Shown here piece by piece: positions 38,850 through 50,700 of a DNA stretch of 64,000 bases (position 1 is its first letter; every line of letters begins with the position of its first letter). The translations under genes and the position numbers were made by a program. The notes below the pieces were generated by a model, which saw only the letters and a program-made list of their open reading frames with translations, had not been told where the DNA came from and ran no database searches. The DNA lies in contig JARDVH010000084.1 in assembly GCA_030324005.1 (NCBI GenBank), positions 92,135,057 to 92,199,056 of the forward strand, read 5' to 3'. The stretch comes from Negaprion brevirostris. Taxonomy: Eukaryota.

Positions 38850-41800
38850 CTGAATAATTATCAGAATAATTTCACCACGCGGTCCTAAATTGCATCCAGT
38901 TACTGAAAGAATGTGAGGAAGGAACATAATAATCCAATCAAAGATGAAGTCATGACCACGTCAAAACAATTTTGTTTTCATTCCGAAGTCGGTCCTGTCC
39001 CTGCCGTAGACACATATAAATAAGGGAACGGGAAATAGTGCCGGAAATTTGGCTGCAGAGCCCATTAGTTCTCATTGTATCAACGCGCACATGGGTAAGC
39101 AAATTTGCTTCATCAATGGCTCTGCCATCTGACCAATTTTGGCTTTATCAGTGGCCGACTGTCAGATCTGGCTGTGAATCCTTATATCTATCAGACAGTG
39201 CCAGCTTCAAATATTTCCAAAATAACAAGAATGAAACCACAGTTGACCTCACCTTTAACATCCCCTTTCAGAGATGCCTCTGCTAATAACCACTGCACAG
39301 TCCTTGTGTATATAGAGCATATTTTGCGAATAACATGTAATTAATAGTGAGGCACTGCCAGCAGAATGAAGGTTTTGTATCACAACAACTCTGGAAATGA
39401 ANNNNNNNNNNGAAATATTTAACTTCACAGTTTAGCATATCTATACAGCCACGTTCAAGCGAGGTTATCGAGCTTGCAAAAACAAGAAATCTCACCATCA
39501 ATGAACCCGTCTTACCAATTGATGAGGTGTCAACCCGAGAACAATACAAGTCACATTCTAAAGAGACGATCAGAAGAAAGCTCATCACAAGTCACACATT
39601 CCGTCATGAATTGTCATGGCAACTAAGTAATTCGTACGTCTGCAGGAACCAAGCATTTTCGTATAAGAGGGGAAACAGAATCATTTCCAATTATTTTTCA
39701 ACGGACATGGCGCACAGTAGACGAATCTCGGCAGCATTTTGAGCTCCACAACTTCAAGAGAGAAGTCTTCGGGTTAATTTAATTACAACCGCTGATAGAA
39801 AGGCAATGTCAACGTCATCGGCTACAACACTTTTTATATCCCTAACAATNNNNNNNNNNNNNNNNNNNNNNNNNNNNNNNNNNNNNNNNNNNNNNNNNNN
39901 NNNNNNNNNNNNNNNNNNNNNNNNNNNNNNNNNNNNNNNNNNNNNNNNNCCTAACAATGTGGCACAGTGGGATTGTGGACTTTTGTTAAGAAGTAGCAGG
40001 TTACTGAACCCACTGTTTCAGTTGAAACAAACCTTTTGTACGTAACGATAATGTGTGGGTCGGCACATAGTGATATATAAGTGTACAAAAAGTGAAATGT
40101 AATCTACTTTTAACAAGGAGAAGGGACACCCCTGTAATCTATGCTATGTAGTAATATTTATTAAATAGTTTCGTGCTGACTAGTACTCAAATTTGTGCCC
40201 AAATATTCCTTCTACGTCTTGACTAAACAACCTTCTCCAAAAATGGAGAAAGGAACTGATTCCCAAAATTGTTTAGGAGTTGCTTCTCAATAATTTCAAC
40301 GTGCATTTCAACGACTGTAGCATCATGGAGCTGTGGATTTTTTTTTTAATATGTGTGTATGAGTAAAGCGTAGCACTATGGATGATAGCTGTGTTTCCCA
40401 CAAGTTTTTGTTTTACAGTCGTATGATAGCACGTCATGACATATGCCGCATCTCTTTCTCCCTTCTGTTGTCGCCAGTTGCTTCAGCAGTGCTACTTGCT
40501 GCACCAAACTATGAGATTTGGGGATCTTCTTTGATTAATGGCAAGTATGCAGGAACATCCGTCTTTGTTTTGATGTTAAACAATCCGTGTTCACGTACTG
40601 GAAGAATTTTACCAGGCAGAGACTTGAATTGACAATGGAAAATATCATTCACCACACATAATGTCAAGCAATGATAATGTCGATGATAAATAGATCCAGT
40701 GATCTTCATTCAACGGCCTTTGATATATTTTTGGGCTTCTCCACGTCCAGCCCCGTAGAGTTTGTGGATATCAATGCCATTAATTTTGCTTCACCGGTCA
40801 ATTAATGCAGCGCCTACACGTGTTTGTCAGAAGATCACACCATCCCTATAGTATAGAAAGAGGACATTCGACCCATTGAGTTTGTACCGACTGCAACCCT
40901 ATTCCCATAACCCCACATTAGCCCTGCTAATCTCCTGAAACTATTGTTAATTTACCATGACCAATCAAACTAAAACGTATATCTTTGGAGTTGGACATAT
41001 GCAGCAAATTACTGACATTGTCGCCCTGGAAATTCGTCTTCCAAATGTAAAGATAGAGAACGCGGTAGAAAAAACCCACTAACTGTGTCCCCAAAACTCT
41101 GACGAAATGATGGCATCCTGCTTGGCAAGCGACCCTTCCACGACCGTAAACATCTGCTTGATCAAGTTTGGCCTATATTGCTAAATCAGATACTTCAGTA
41201 TCTTAAATAACAAGTTGCAGATTCAGCAGTGAGCATTGAGGCCAATTGCTCTGCATTGACTTCTCGGTATAGAGCCGACTTGAAGGAAAAAAGNNNNNNN
41301 NNNNNNNNNNNNNNNNNNNNNNNNNNNNNNNNNNNNNNNNNNNNNNNNNNNNNNNNNNNNNNNNNNNNNNNNNNNNNNNNNNNNNNNNNNNNNAGATGCG
41401 GAAGAAGCAAAAAGCTTGTTCCACAGTTCCATATCGACAACAGATGTCCAAAATACCAGGCTAGCCTTTTTCAAATGTGGGGCATGCATTATTGAATTCA
41501 AATAACAGTGACATGAATAAATAATACATGAGCCATGTTTGACATTTTTGCTGACATTTACCTTGTAAAGCATTTGCAAGTTTTTGCGTTGCTAAAAAGA
41601 AAACAAGTCAAGTTGTTTAGCTATCTAAATTCAAACAAAATGTTATTGTATCGATCGAAAGTTCCTTCCATCAGATTGCATTACTCATTTCTCATATGCA
41701 TCTGTTGGTCAATGCCTGAATGAGGTTACAGTTACAACAGACTCCTTTGGGTAAAATTTTGTCTTCACATCATCAGTTGCTCTCAAGTTTTCAACTTCGG

Positions 41801-42400
41801 GCATTAGGCATATACAGAATTGAAAGGAATACTGAGAAACTACTTTGCAAATCAGAATATGCTAAATCATTACAAAAATAGTTATCATTCCAGCTATTCA
41901 GATTCAAGACACAACAGGTGCTGGACATTGACATGTGAAAAAAAATGTGCTTGAAACACTCAACATTCTGACCAGAAAGGTTAACACCGTATAATTGCTG
42001 AGACGATGCTTGACCTGATTTGTTTTGCACACATCACAACTTTACTTATTATTTTGGAATTGATTCTGATGTGGCTACATGAAATGTTGCTTATAAAGGT
42101 TGCCGATGAACTGGGCCGATTTATAGAGGAAGCTGTAATCTCTGGCTTTCCTGTTCTGGAAAATGCAAAGGAGAGTGCCATAATTTACAACAGCAGCCAT
42201 TTTTGGAATTTTAATAAGCTTCAACCTGGAAAGATGCAAATTGCACAATCGATTTTGAAGCCACTAAGCTTCTCATTCTCGGAACTTTTCCTTTGCATTA
42301 TATGGAATGAATTTTACAACATTTGCAATGTTTCCAATGAACATGAGGTAGACTGCGTGACTTCCAAACTACTCGATAATGGAAAAAGATATTTCTGGCA
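38850..42400 (+). pseudogene. P4: inverted disabled copy, leader-IgV-IgC-TM-microexon-RNF213-like exon C
   Basis: Leader donor gtgagg ~38914; V 38989-39336 (348 nt, NHCTVLV...ILRIT|gtaatt); Ig exon 39431-~39716 (ISIQPRSSEVIE...NLT...NSYVCRN); TM 40419-40540; microexon ~41191-41229; exon C 41396-~42400 (LFSYLNSNKMLLYRSK, ALGIYRI, NVLETLNIL...CLT, CIIWNEF). Confidence 0.7.
40830..40990 (-). mobile_element. HE1-type SINE 3' fragment
   Basis: catccctatagtatagaaagaggacattcgacccattgagtttgtaccgact...ccctgctaat. Confidence 0.75.
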
Positions 42401-42469
42401 AGTAACATTGAAGTCCGACTGAATTATTGTTTTTTTGCTACTGATGTGTACGGGGACCTGTGAATCCCT

Positions 42470-42800
42470 GTGTCATGGGCGGTGCTGTAGGTCAGAATTT
42501 CATTGTCTATCCCAGGCTGCCCTTCTGAAGTTGATGGTGAGTTTGAATCGCTGCAGCCCATGCGCTTTGGGTTGACCCATACCTTTAAGGAGGACATTCC
42601 AGGATTTTGACCAAGAGACTATGAAGGAATGATAATATATTTCCAAGTCAGGATGGTGAATGGCTTGGGCGGAGCCGTGCAGGTGGTGGCATTCCTATTT
42701 ATCTGTTTCCCTTAGCCTTCGAGACGGAAGTGGTCATTGGTTTGGAAGGTTCTGTCTAATGATCTTTGGTGAATTGCTGCAGAACGTCCAGTAGATATTA
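42470..42800 (-). mobile_element. LINE 3' fragment (L2/Crack-like shark family)
   Basis: ttccaggattttgaccaagagactatgaaggaatgataatatatttccaagtcaggatggtg; related pieces at ~21750-22110 and 29280-29560. Confidence 0.7.
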
Positions 42801-44132
42801 CATGTTCAACCTTCCTTAACTGACTATCGTATCAGCCTCTTCAATATCTGGGGGTGAAAACCACTTGCATTCCAGACGTTCTGCTGACTAATAAGGACGT
42901 TTTCACCAAGACCTAGACAACCTAATATGATGCGGTGCACCCACACCTTCCTCCAAAGCAAACTGACCAAGAACTCTACCCTGAAACAAGTCGGCTCTGC
43001 ACCAATCACCAAACAAATGTGTGGCCGTGAACATAATAACTAATCGCTATCCAGTTGGTAGATCAGAATCACCCCAATGGAACGATATGCGAAACAACCA
43101 ATTGCCGAAGGGCAGGCTATTCTGCAGATCATCAAACTGCAAACCAATGTTTATCTAACCTGTAAACATACGTTACTACATCAGAAACACATACACTTGT
43201 GGCCTCAAACGACTCATTTGTTAACAGGAATAGATAATCTAACTAGTGGATTACGGAGGCTGACCTACACAGGTATGTTAGGCACAATACCACTTGCAAA
43301 CTACCAAAACGTTACGGAAATGCACCACACAAATTTCACAATTGTTCACCAGATAGGAACAACTATTTCTCCCTGACACTGCATGCCCTCCTCCAGCCGA
43401 TTCATATCCAGTCTTATCTGTGTACCCTTCAGAACATCTCCCTCGGCTTCCTTTTTCATTTTTCTATCCATACTGCAGCAGTCTAATCGCCATCTACAAA
43501 AAATGCCTACAAAAATATCAACCTCACCATTAATCCAGCTCAAACATATGTCCACATACAATTCTCTAAAACGATCCCCTAATCTTACCACCTGTGTATT
43601 TGACTGTCTCGTTGTCTTACGCATCTTATCCAAATGTCAATGAGCCCCCCCCCCGCATTGCCTGTGGACCCTCCTAAAAAAACACCACATATCTCAACTG
43701 TATTTTTTAACTACACAGTAACCAAACTCATACATTTATCCATAAAACTAGCTATTCATTTTCTCACGCACCTATTTACACAATTCTCCATTGGTCTACA
43801 TAAGCCATCAATTTTCACCCAAATGATCTCATCCACACACAACTAATCTGTATTAAGATCCACTACGGAACCCCGTTCGGAGACCAGGTGCACCACACTC
43901 ACTTACCGAACAACCATTGATATATCTCATTCAATTTCCCAGCCTCCTACTCAAATGCAGCGAACGATTCACGTAACAATTCAGCAACATCAACCACTTG
44001 CCCAACTGGTGGCTCAAACACCTGTGTGCATGTCATTCGCCTATCCATAATCCAATCTGCACACACATAGAACATTCCAGCCACTCATCTGCACGTCTTA
44101 TATATTTGCATAATTTCACCTAACTAATCCAA

Positions 44133-44435
44133 CTGGTGGCACAATGATTAGCACTGCTGCCTCACAGCGCCAGGGACACGGATTTGATTCCAGGTTTCTG
44201 TCACTGTCTGTGTGGAGTTTGCACATTCTCGCTGTGTCTGCGTGGGTTTCCTCCAGATGCCCCTGTTCCTTCCACAATCAAAACATGTGTATGTTACATG
44301 GATTGGCCATGCTAAAATGCACTTTAGTGTTGGGGACCAGCTATGTAAGTGTTTGTGTTTGTAGAGGTAGGAGCTGCTTGGGATTTTGGTGGGTGCAGAC
44401 TCAATGGGCCGTATGGCCTCCATCTATGATTCTAT
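44133..44435 (+). mobile_element. HE1-type SINE, near full length
   Basis: ggtggcacaatgattagcactgctgcctcacagcgccaggg...gtcactgtctgtgtggagtttgcacattctc...ggtgcagactcaatgggcc...atgattctat. Confidence 0.95.
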
Positions 44436-45323
44436 TATACTAACTAGCATGCCGAATCAGCCCACCTGCATGTAATATTTCTAACCAACATGACCCACGA
44501 AAACAACATCCCTCACCCGCATCATTAAGCCTACCTGTTCACTTACCGATGCCCCTTCATTCCAGTACTCACAATCACCTTTCCATCTGTGTATCTCAAC
44601 TATTTACCTGCCTACTCGATCACACATTTAAAATGAGAAACTAACCAAGTTTTAGGCCCAGGTCAATGAATGTCATACCTATGCACTTCAACCCTGATCC
44701 AGCTCGTCTTTGGATTTGACAATTTGTCGACACAATGACCCACCTATTCATCACTCTCATTTACCCAGTTTTTAAGTCTTATCCAGCTTTCGAGCTCACC
44801 TCCCGTGCTAATGTTTTAGTTTTTCAGTATTTCATCGTGTCAATGATTCACTGGTCACATTTGCAAAGCATGAACCCTTTACCAACATTGAACAGTGGAG
44901 CTGGCGCAGGCAAAACTGACCTGTTCCCCCATGCACCAACTCCACACTGCCCATCGATCTTAAGTATGAGGCTGGAGGCTTCCCATTTAAATTTCATGGC
45001 TGTTTGGCAGATACTTGCAGCAATATGAATAGCTTGGAGATTTTTTAAAAAATCTTTGTGGGAGATGCAAATTTGCCGAACTTGTCCGCTGATCAAACCA
45101 TGCAAGCCTCTGTGTTTTTCAGAGAAGTTCACTTGTTCCCACTCATTTGCTATTTATGTGGAATGATGTTTGGCCAACCTCACGAAATTAATGAATACAA
45201 TTCCACGAATGCAAGCATTTCAACCATAATTCACATTTAAGTACTATAACTGTTAAGTGTCAATTGATTCAAGTTTTTACTGTGATTAATGAAGCCTAGC
45301 TGTGGGTCAGTTATTTTTCCTAC

Positions 45324-45359
45324 CTGAATTCTTCAGTGCCTCTTGCAATTCTGCCAATT
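45324..45359 (-). pseudogene. P3 36-nt microexon (ELAELQEALKNS)
   Basis: attcag|AATTGG...TCAG|gtagga. Confidence 0.85.
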
Positions 45360-46594
45360 CTGAATAATAAACCGACACCCATTTTGATTAATTTTATGCC
45401 AGCGAGATTTTGATTCTCTGTTCAAGGCTGATGTGCAAATCAAACATTTTTTGAAGAAGACTCGCCAAGTTAAGATGGCTTATCACCTAGAACATGTCGG
45501 TGAAAACATTTAAGTTCATAACATGACCAAAAAAGGAAAAAAAAACAGTGTCCTGATTTTTACTGGACACTCATCAAGTTGCGATATTACATCAGTTTGC
45601 GTGGAGCGGAAATACAATGTGATACAGTCCAAAGCTCTGGTGTGACCCTCAACTCAGGGTCCTCGCCGGGCAAATATCAAAATATCAATTAGTGAAACAC
45701 TTTCGTCAGTAATAATTTTTGACTGTGTTGCCATACAAAAGATAGACTTCACCCAATGCATTTTGTATTACAGATATGGAGCCCTATTTGCTAACAAATG
45801 GATGGGTGATACATAAGTAACTGTTTCTGCTGTGAAAGTAGAATCAAATCATACCACGATCATTCATGAGCGTACTTCTATTAAAAGCCAAATGAGCACT
45901 TCAAAGACATGACCCCAATAACAACGACGAATGTGTAAAATCGCTGTCGTTATTTTCATTTTGTTCCTTAATGCATATAGAGTTGGAAAAGGTCCTCAAG
46001 ATTACGTGGAAGCCAGAATGGTAGTTTCGGGTCAACAGCAATACTGTGAACAGCTATTATTCTCGGAAATGCCCCAGCCAATCACCGACGTGTGCAAATC
46101 ATCTGTAGAAATAAAGTAATTAAACACGCAACGTCTACTAAAATATCATGATGTTGAGTCAAAATTGCCACGCAGCTTAGTCAAGCATTAGCATGATGTA
46201 TTTGTACTAACGTAATGCCACCAAACATCCTCTGTTCCACCCTCGTCCACCTTGCATTTTTTTAAACCTGTAAAACACTTCATTTAGCTATGATGGTTAC
46301 CCCCGTGTTCAGAATCGGCAGTTGTGGCTCTGGGTTCTCATTTTGGCATGGTAGCTTCTGCTACATTTGCTGTAAATCAGGACAGTTGGGAGAAAAAATA
46401 ATACCCTATCCGCTGGTCTCCATTTATTTTGCCCTCTTCTCGACAAGTAGAACGATTCTTTTTTGCTCGCCTTTTCCACTACATTTCCAAAATGTCGACC
46501 TCCATAGCTAATGGTGTCAGGGATTGCCTCTCCGTTTTTAGTGTTAGTATTCACCATCCACGTTTCTATTTACAGGTAACATTCTGTGGAGCCA

Positions 46595-46700
46595 GCTCTG
46601 AAGAAGGGGCATTCTGGTTCGAACGGTTAACTCGATTCTATCTCCACGGAAGCTCTCAGACCTGCTTATATTTTCCAGCTTATTATGTTTTGTTTTTCTT
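46595..46700 (+). mobile_element. Penelope-derived short repeat with decayed hammerhead-like core
   Basis: ctctgaagaaggggcattctggttcgaacggttaactc...ctccacggaagctctcagacctgct...ttttccagc, resembling a common shark repeat (recalled). Confidence 0.6.
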
Positions 46701-47379
46701 TCTAACGATGGTGCATAAAACAATTAGAATCGTATTGAAAATACATCAGTCACGGATTTGAACATTTCATGGGAACATCCTCTATCATTTGCAATTCATT
46801 AGGATATCAAATCTCTGATAATGGCCCGAATGAAAATTATGTTGACTGCTCTGCGTCATTATCAATGTCCAAACAAATTGCTGATGTATTATTGTACCTG
46901 CGTCTCGTTCGTCAATTGCTTCCTCTAAGGGCAAAAGAGAAAAAAACATAGGAATAAAAAAATACCAAATTTTACAATCAAAATAAAGCAATCATATTTC
47001 GTTAAAGAGAAGAAATGTTTTTTTTTAAGTTGAGGTGGCTTGTCACCTAGAACATAGAGGTTCAACATTCAACCTGATAACGTGCACTTCTTATTGGAAA
47101 TATAGTCAACGAGATATATACGCAGCAGGATTCCAAGATGCCAAAGAATATTGCTCTAGCATTCATTATTTTCTTAGCTGATCATTAATGTCAATCACAT
47201 GGTCACAGCACCAAACACCACCCCTCCACCCCCCCCCACCCTCAGCCAATTTTCTTCATCCCCCTTGCCCCAAGATATATATCTTACTGCTTCGTCAAAA
47301 TATGTAATATTTTGGCCTCAAATGCTTTTTAGTGGTAGCATATTCCTCAGGTTGACGGAAGTCCATTTGAAGACATTTT

Positions 47380-50300
47380 CCCGCCCTAAGAGGTCTATAG
47401 TGTAAGCTCAGACGTGACCCCCGATTTTGGCCAATCCAACACATTAACGTCTTTTTGGATCAATCCTGTCTACACATTTTTAAGTGTTATAGATTGCTAA
47501 GTAGTCTTCTTCATTCTTCTGAACTCCAGGGAATAACATTCTAACCGACTCAATGTCTTCCCATATTTCATTCTGTCATCTCAAAAAGGAATCGAGTAAA
47601 CATGCTCTGCAACCTATGTAGAGCAAGTGCATGCTTCGTCTAATGAGGAAACCGTATCTCCGCACAATACTCCAGGTGTGGATTAAGGCATCAAGGCATC
47701 CCTGTTTCTGCCTTCGCATCCTCTCGTGATGAGTGTCAGCATATAAACATCGCGCCTCCCCAACGATCCCACCGGAACATCGTCACTTTGGTCCGAGTGA
47801 CAATGGTGTTAGCGACTGGCCGTGAAGTGGTAATATGAATGTAATTGCACCTCTGTCGTATTTAGAGTCCAATTACACTCAGACGGTTCGGGAACTGATA
47901 TGAAGTCCATTCGCGCGCGGAAACATGGTCTACAGCAGGTCAAGTCCAATTAGCTGGAAATCCCTTCTTCTATAACACAGTGAGTCACGCCTTTCTGCAG
48001 GTACCATCTGGATGTCATCTCGATGGGCACCGAGAGATGGTGCTTAAATGATTGGCTGAGGATATTGAGCGGGTGCAAATAATCTCACTAAGAAAAATGC
48101 CACGAAGAGACTGCCAGCAATTATAGTGCTATCGTCGATTTAATGCGATGCCATTGAGACGTGGCAGAAGTTTCTTAGCTGCGGCGATCTTGACTTTCTG
48201 AACAACAACGAGTCGTGCCTGGCGGGAGGCCCCACAGAGCTTCAAGTAGGCCATACGCTGACAGACCTGATTATGTACTGGATAGACGACTGACCGAGAA
48301 CTACCAAACACAGTCTTGGAACTTCAAATCCGTTTTGATATATATAAAAAAAAACATGTGACAGATGGTGTATGCTATTTGTTCCGGGAGTAGTCGATGA
48401 TACACATTCAACCACCGAAAAAATACGTGTCGTACCCATCAAGCCCCAGGACCAGGAACTTTAGACTTCCAGGATCGGTCAAAATAGAAAATCGATTATT
48501 CTAAGGCCTGGGCCCGGTGTGAAGAAACGAATGGGCGTAGGTTTCCCTTCACGTTCATGCAGATCACTATACCGGTGGAAGGCAACAAGGAAAAGGTTTG
48601 CGGAGACCAATACATCTTACTTCTGAGATCAAAGTACACAATGCCTCGAAGTTTCAGGAAGGTTGGGGCTTGGTTAGACGGCGAACAGTACTACACCCGG
48701 ATTGCGTGAGTAGAGTCACATGTGCAACTGCAAACATTGTTAGATCTGCTGTATTGCCAATTGTACTGTTGTAGTTTTGCTATTAAAACAACATCAAATA
48801 TTCGCGTGATGAACTTACGAGTAAAGGTCTCCGGACAATCGAGCAAAAACTATCCTTACGAGTCTCCGTTTTCAGTGGTGTGACATTCTGCTTGCCTGCA
48901 AACTCTGTGGTCGAGGTCGTATCATACTCGAGACCAACGCCCTATTTCTGCAAACGCCTAAGGGTTGTCGTTACCATCCGGTGGACGTCACTCAGATTCA
49001 GCTCTGAAATGCGCGGCATACGTCGACGAGCGACGTTAAACTCAAGAAGATATTCGCAAGAATATCTATCTCAAAAATATAGCAATTCAAATGGCGATCT
49101 GCCTTTATATTGTCACCGAGTTGGATAACTTTACATGAGCCAAATTATTCTGCATATCATTCATTTGTCTCGACCTGTGAATTGTTCAGGTCACATTGAA
49201 ACTTTTCTGCACCCTTCTCAAAGCTATCCCTCACACCCACACACATCCAGCTTTGGGTCGTTCATAAATTTGGAGGTTGACATTTTGTTCTCTCATTTAA
49301 AGTGCAACTTTATGTTGTGAATAGCTGGGGTCAGAGACCTGTGGCTGCCCAGAAGTCCTTTGTTATTTGTTGAAAATAAATCGGTTTGCTCTTAGGCATT
49401 GTTTCCTTTCTGCCAACCGGCCTTATGTTCATTTGGATACATAACCGCCAAACCAATAAAATTCAATTGTTCACACTAAACTGGGAATTCACGGAACGAT
49501 GAAATAAACCACACCCATTGCTACTCCAATTGTTGCATGCTCGACAATTTCCAATAGATTTGTCAAGCATATTGTTCCTTTCATATGTTCATGTCGAATC
49601 CTGCCATCTTTTTGCAAATGTTTCGCTGTCAATTATAAATGGATTCGAGAATTTTCCCCACAAGCGACGTCAGACTTTCTGGTCTTTAATTGCCTAAATT
49701 CTCCGTGTATGCCATTTTTTATTTGGTGTGTTTAAATAGCGAACTTGCAATCTGTAGGAACTGCTGCATACTCTATAGAACGTTGGAAGACGAATGCCAA
49801 TACATCCATTATTTCTGGTGCATATGATTAAGAACTAAGCATGTTGAATACCAGTGTTTGCGACCATGCAGCAGTTTATCCCATCAGTTTTCCGAACACC
49901 AGTTTCCTACAGGTACTGATCTCCCTCTGTTCCTCCCGCGCACGAAACCTTGGTTCCCCAAGAGTTTTGGTACCCTATCTGTGTCTTCCGTTTTGAAGAC
50001 AGAACCAAAGTATGTATCTGTTTTGTCAATTATTTATATGTTCCTCCATTTTCATTTTATCTGTTCCTGACGGAAGGAGCAATTCTTTTTTATTCTCATT
50101 TCATACGACTTGATTTATTTTTCAGTCAGGTGGTGTGTTCCTTATCATTTTATTCTTGTGCTCTGCTCTCCGCTTCTCAATCAATTCATTTGTTCAACTT
50201 TGCTCCAGGCTAAACTGCTCCAAATTATTATTTTTCCATTGTAAATGTGCACGCTTCTCCCTCCGATCTTATAGTATCTCAAATTTCGGCTGGACGCCAT

Positions 50301-50700
50301 GGCTTGGCCATCTCTCCAGTTTACTTTCTGCACCAGGCAGAAATCAACAATCGTAGCTGTTCGCAAATACACTCTTTGAATTATTGCCATTGCCGATCCA
50401 CTGTCATCCCCTAGCTCATATTTCTCAATCTATCATAACCAATATTCTTTTCATATCATCACAGTTTTGTATAACAAAATTCAGGACTCAGATTTCAGAA
50501 CAACGATGTCACTCCTCTTCATGTTGGAAAATTATGTACTGTTAGGTTCATTCCTCCCCAACGAGGTCTCACAGAACTGGATTGCCAATTAATCATTTCT
50601 CGTAACACAATGCTGATACTAAAATCGCCTTATCTCGAGTTGGTCCCTCAATAGATTGGTCCAGAATACATATAAGATGTTTTATTTGTGGGATTAGTTA
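47380..50700 (-). mobile_element. Old CR1-type LINE inside P3, with non-LINE insert at ~47745-49040
   Basis: cacaatactccaggtgtgg (reverse complement of PHLEYCA); ggataac...; gatttgtcaagcat...cctttcat (reverse of MKG..CLTNL); tctgtaggaactg. Confidence 0.85.
47745..49040. other. Unidentified coding-like insertion (candidate endogenous viral element or captured gene)
   Basis: CpG-rich and non-LINE. Plus-strand stop-free stretch IDYSKAWARCEETNGRRFPFTFMQITIPVEGNKEKVCGDQYILLLRSKYTMPRSFRKVGAWLDGEQYYTRIA* (~48491-48709) followed by ATTAAA near 48782; convergent minus-strand remnant EFNVARRRMPRISELNLSDVHRMVTTTLRRLQK. Confidence 0.5.

Noticed and set aside
35212-39958. Short direct repeats flanking gaps (aagtaagtgtt; cctaacaat)
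   Set aside because: Best explained as contig overlaps or target-site duplications of unassembled young insertions; not interpretable without reads.
42006-42422. 138-aa ORF resembling a death domain (LLIKVADELG)
   Set aside because: It is the tail of P4 exon C, continuous with upstream RNF213-like motifs, and lacks the death-domain Trp pattern. A death-domain reading of exon F was dropped for the same reason.
46300-46507. Exon D as a second transmembrane exon (VLFFLPTVLIYSKC)
   Set aside because: The hydrophobic run is too short, RHFGNVV fits the RNF213 arm, and a proper TM exon lies at 54549-54659.
45468-47087. ~60-bp similarity between 45468-45527 and 47027-47087
   Set aside because: Too short to interpret; could be a small repeat remnant or local duplication with no supporting flanks.
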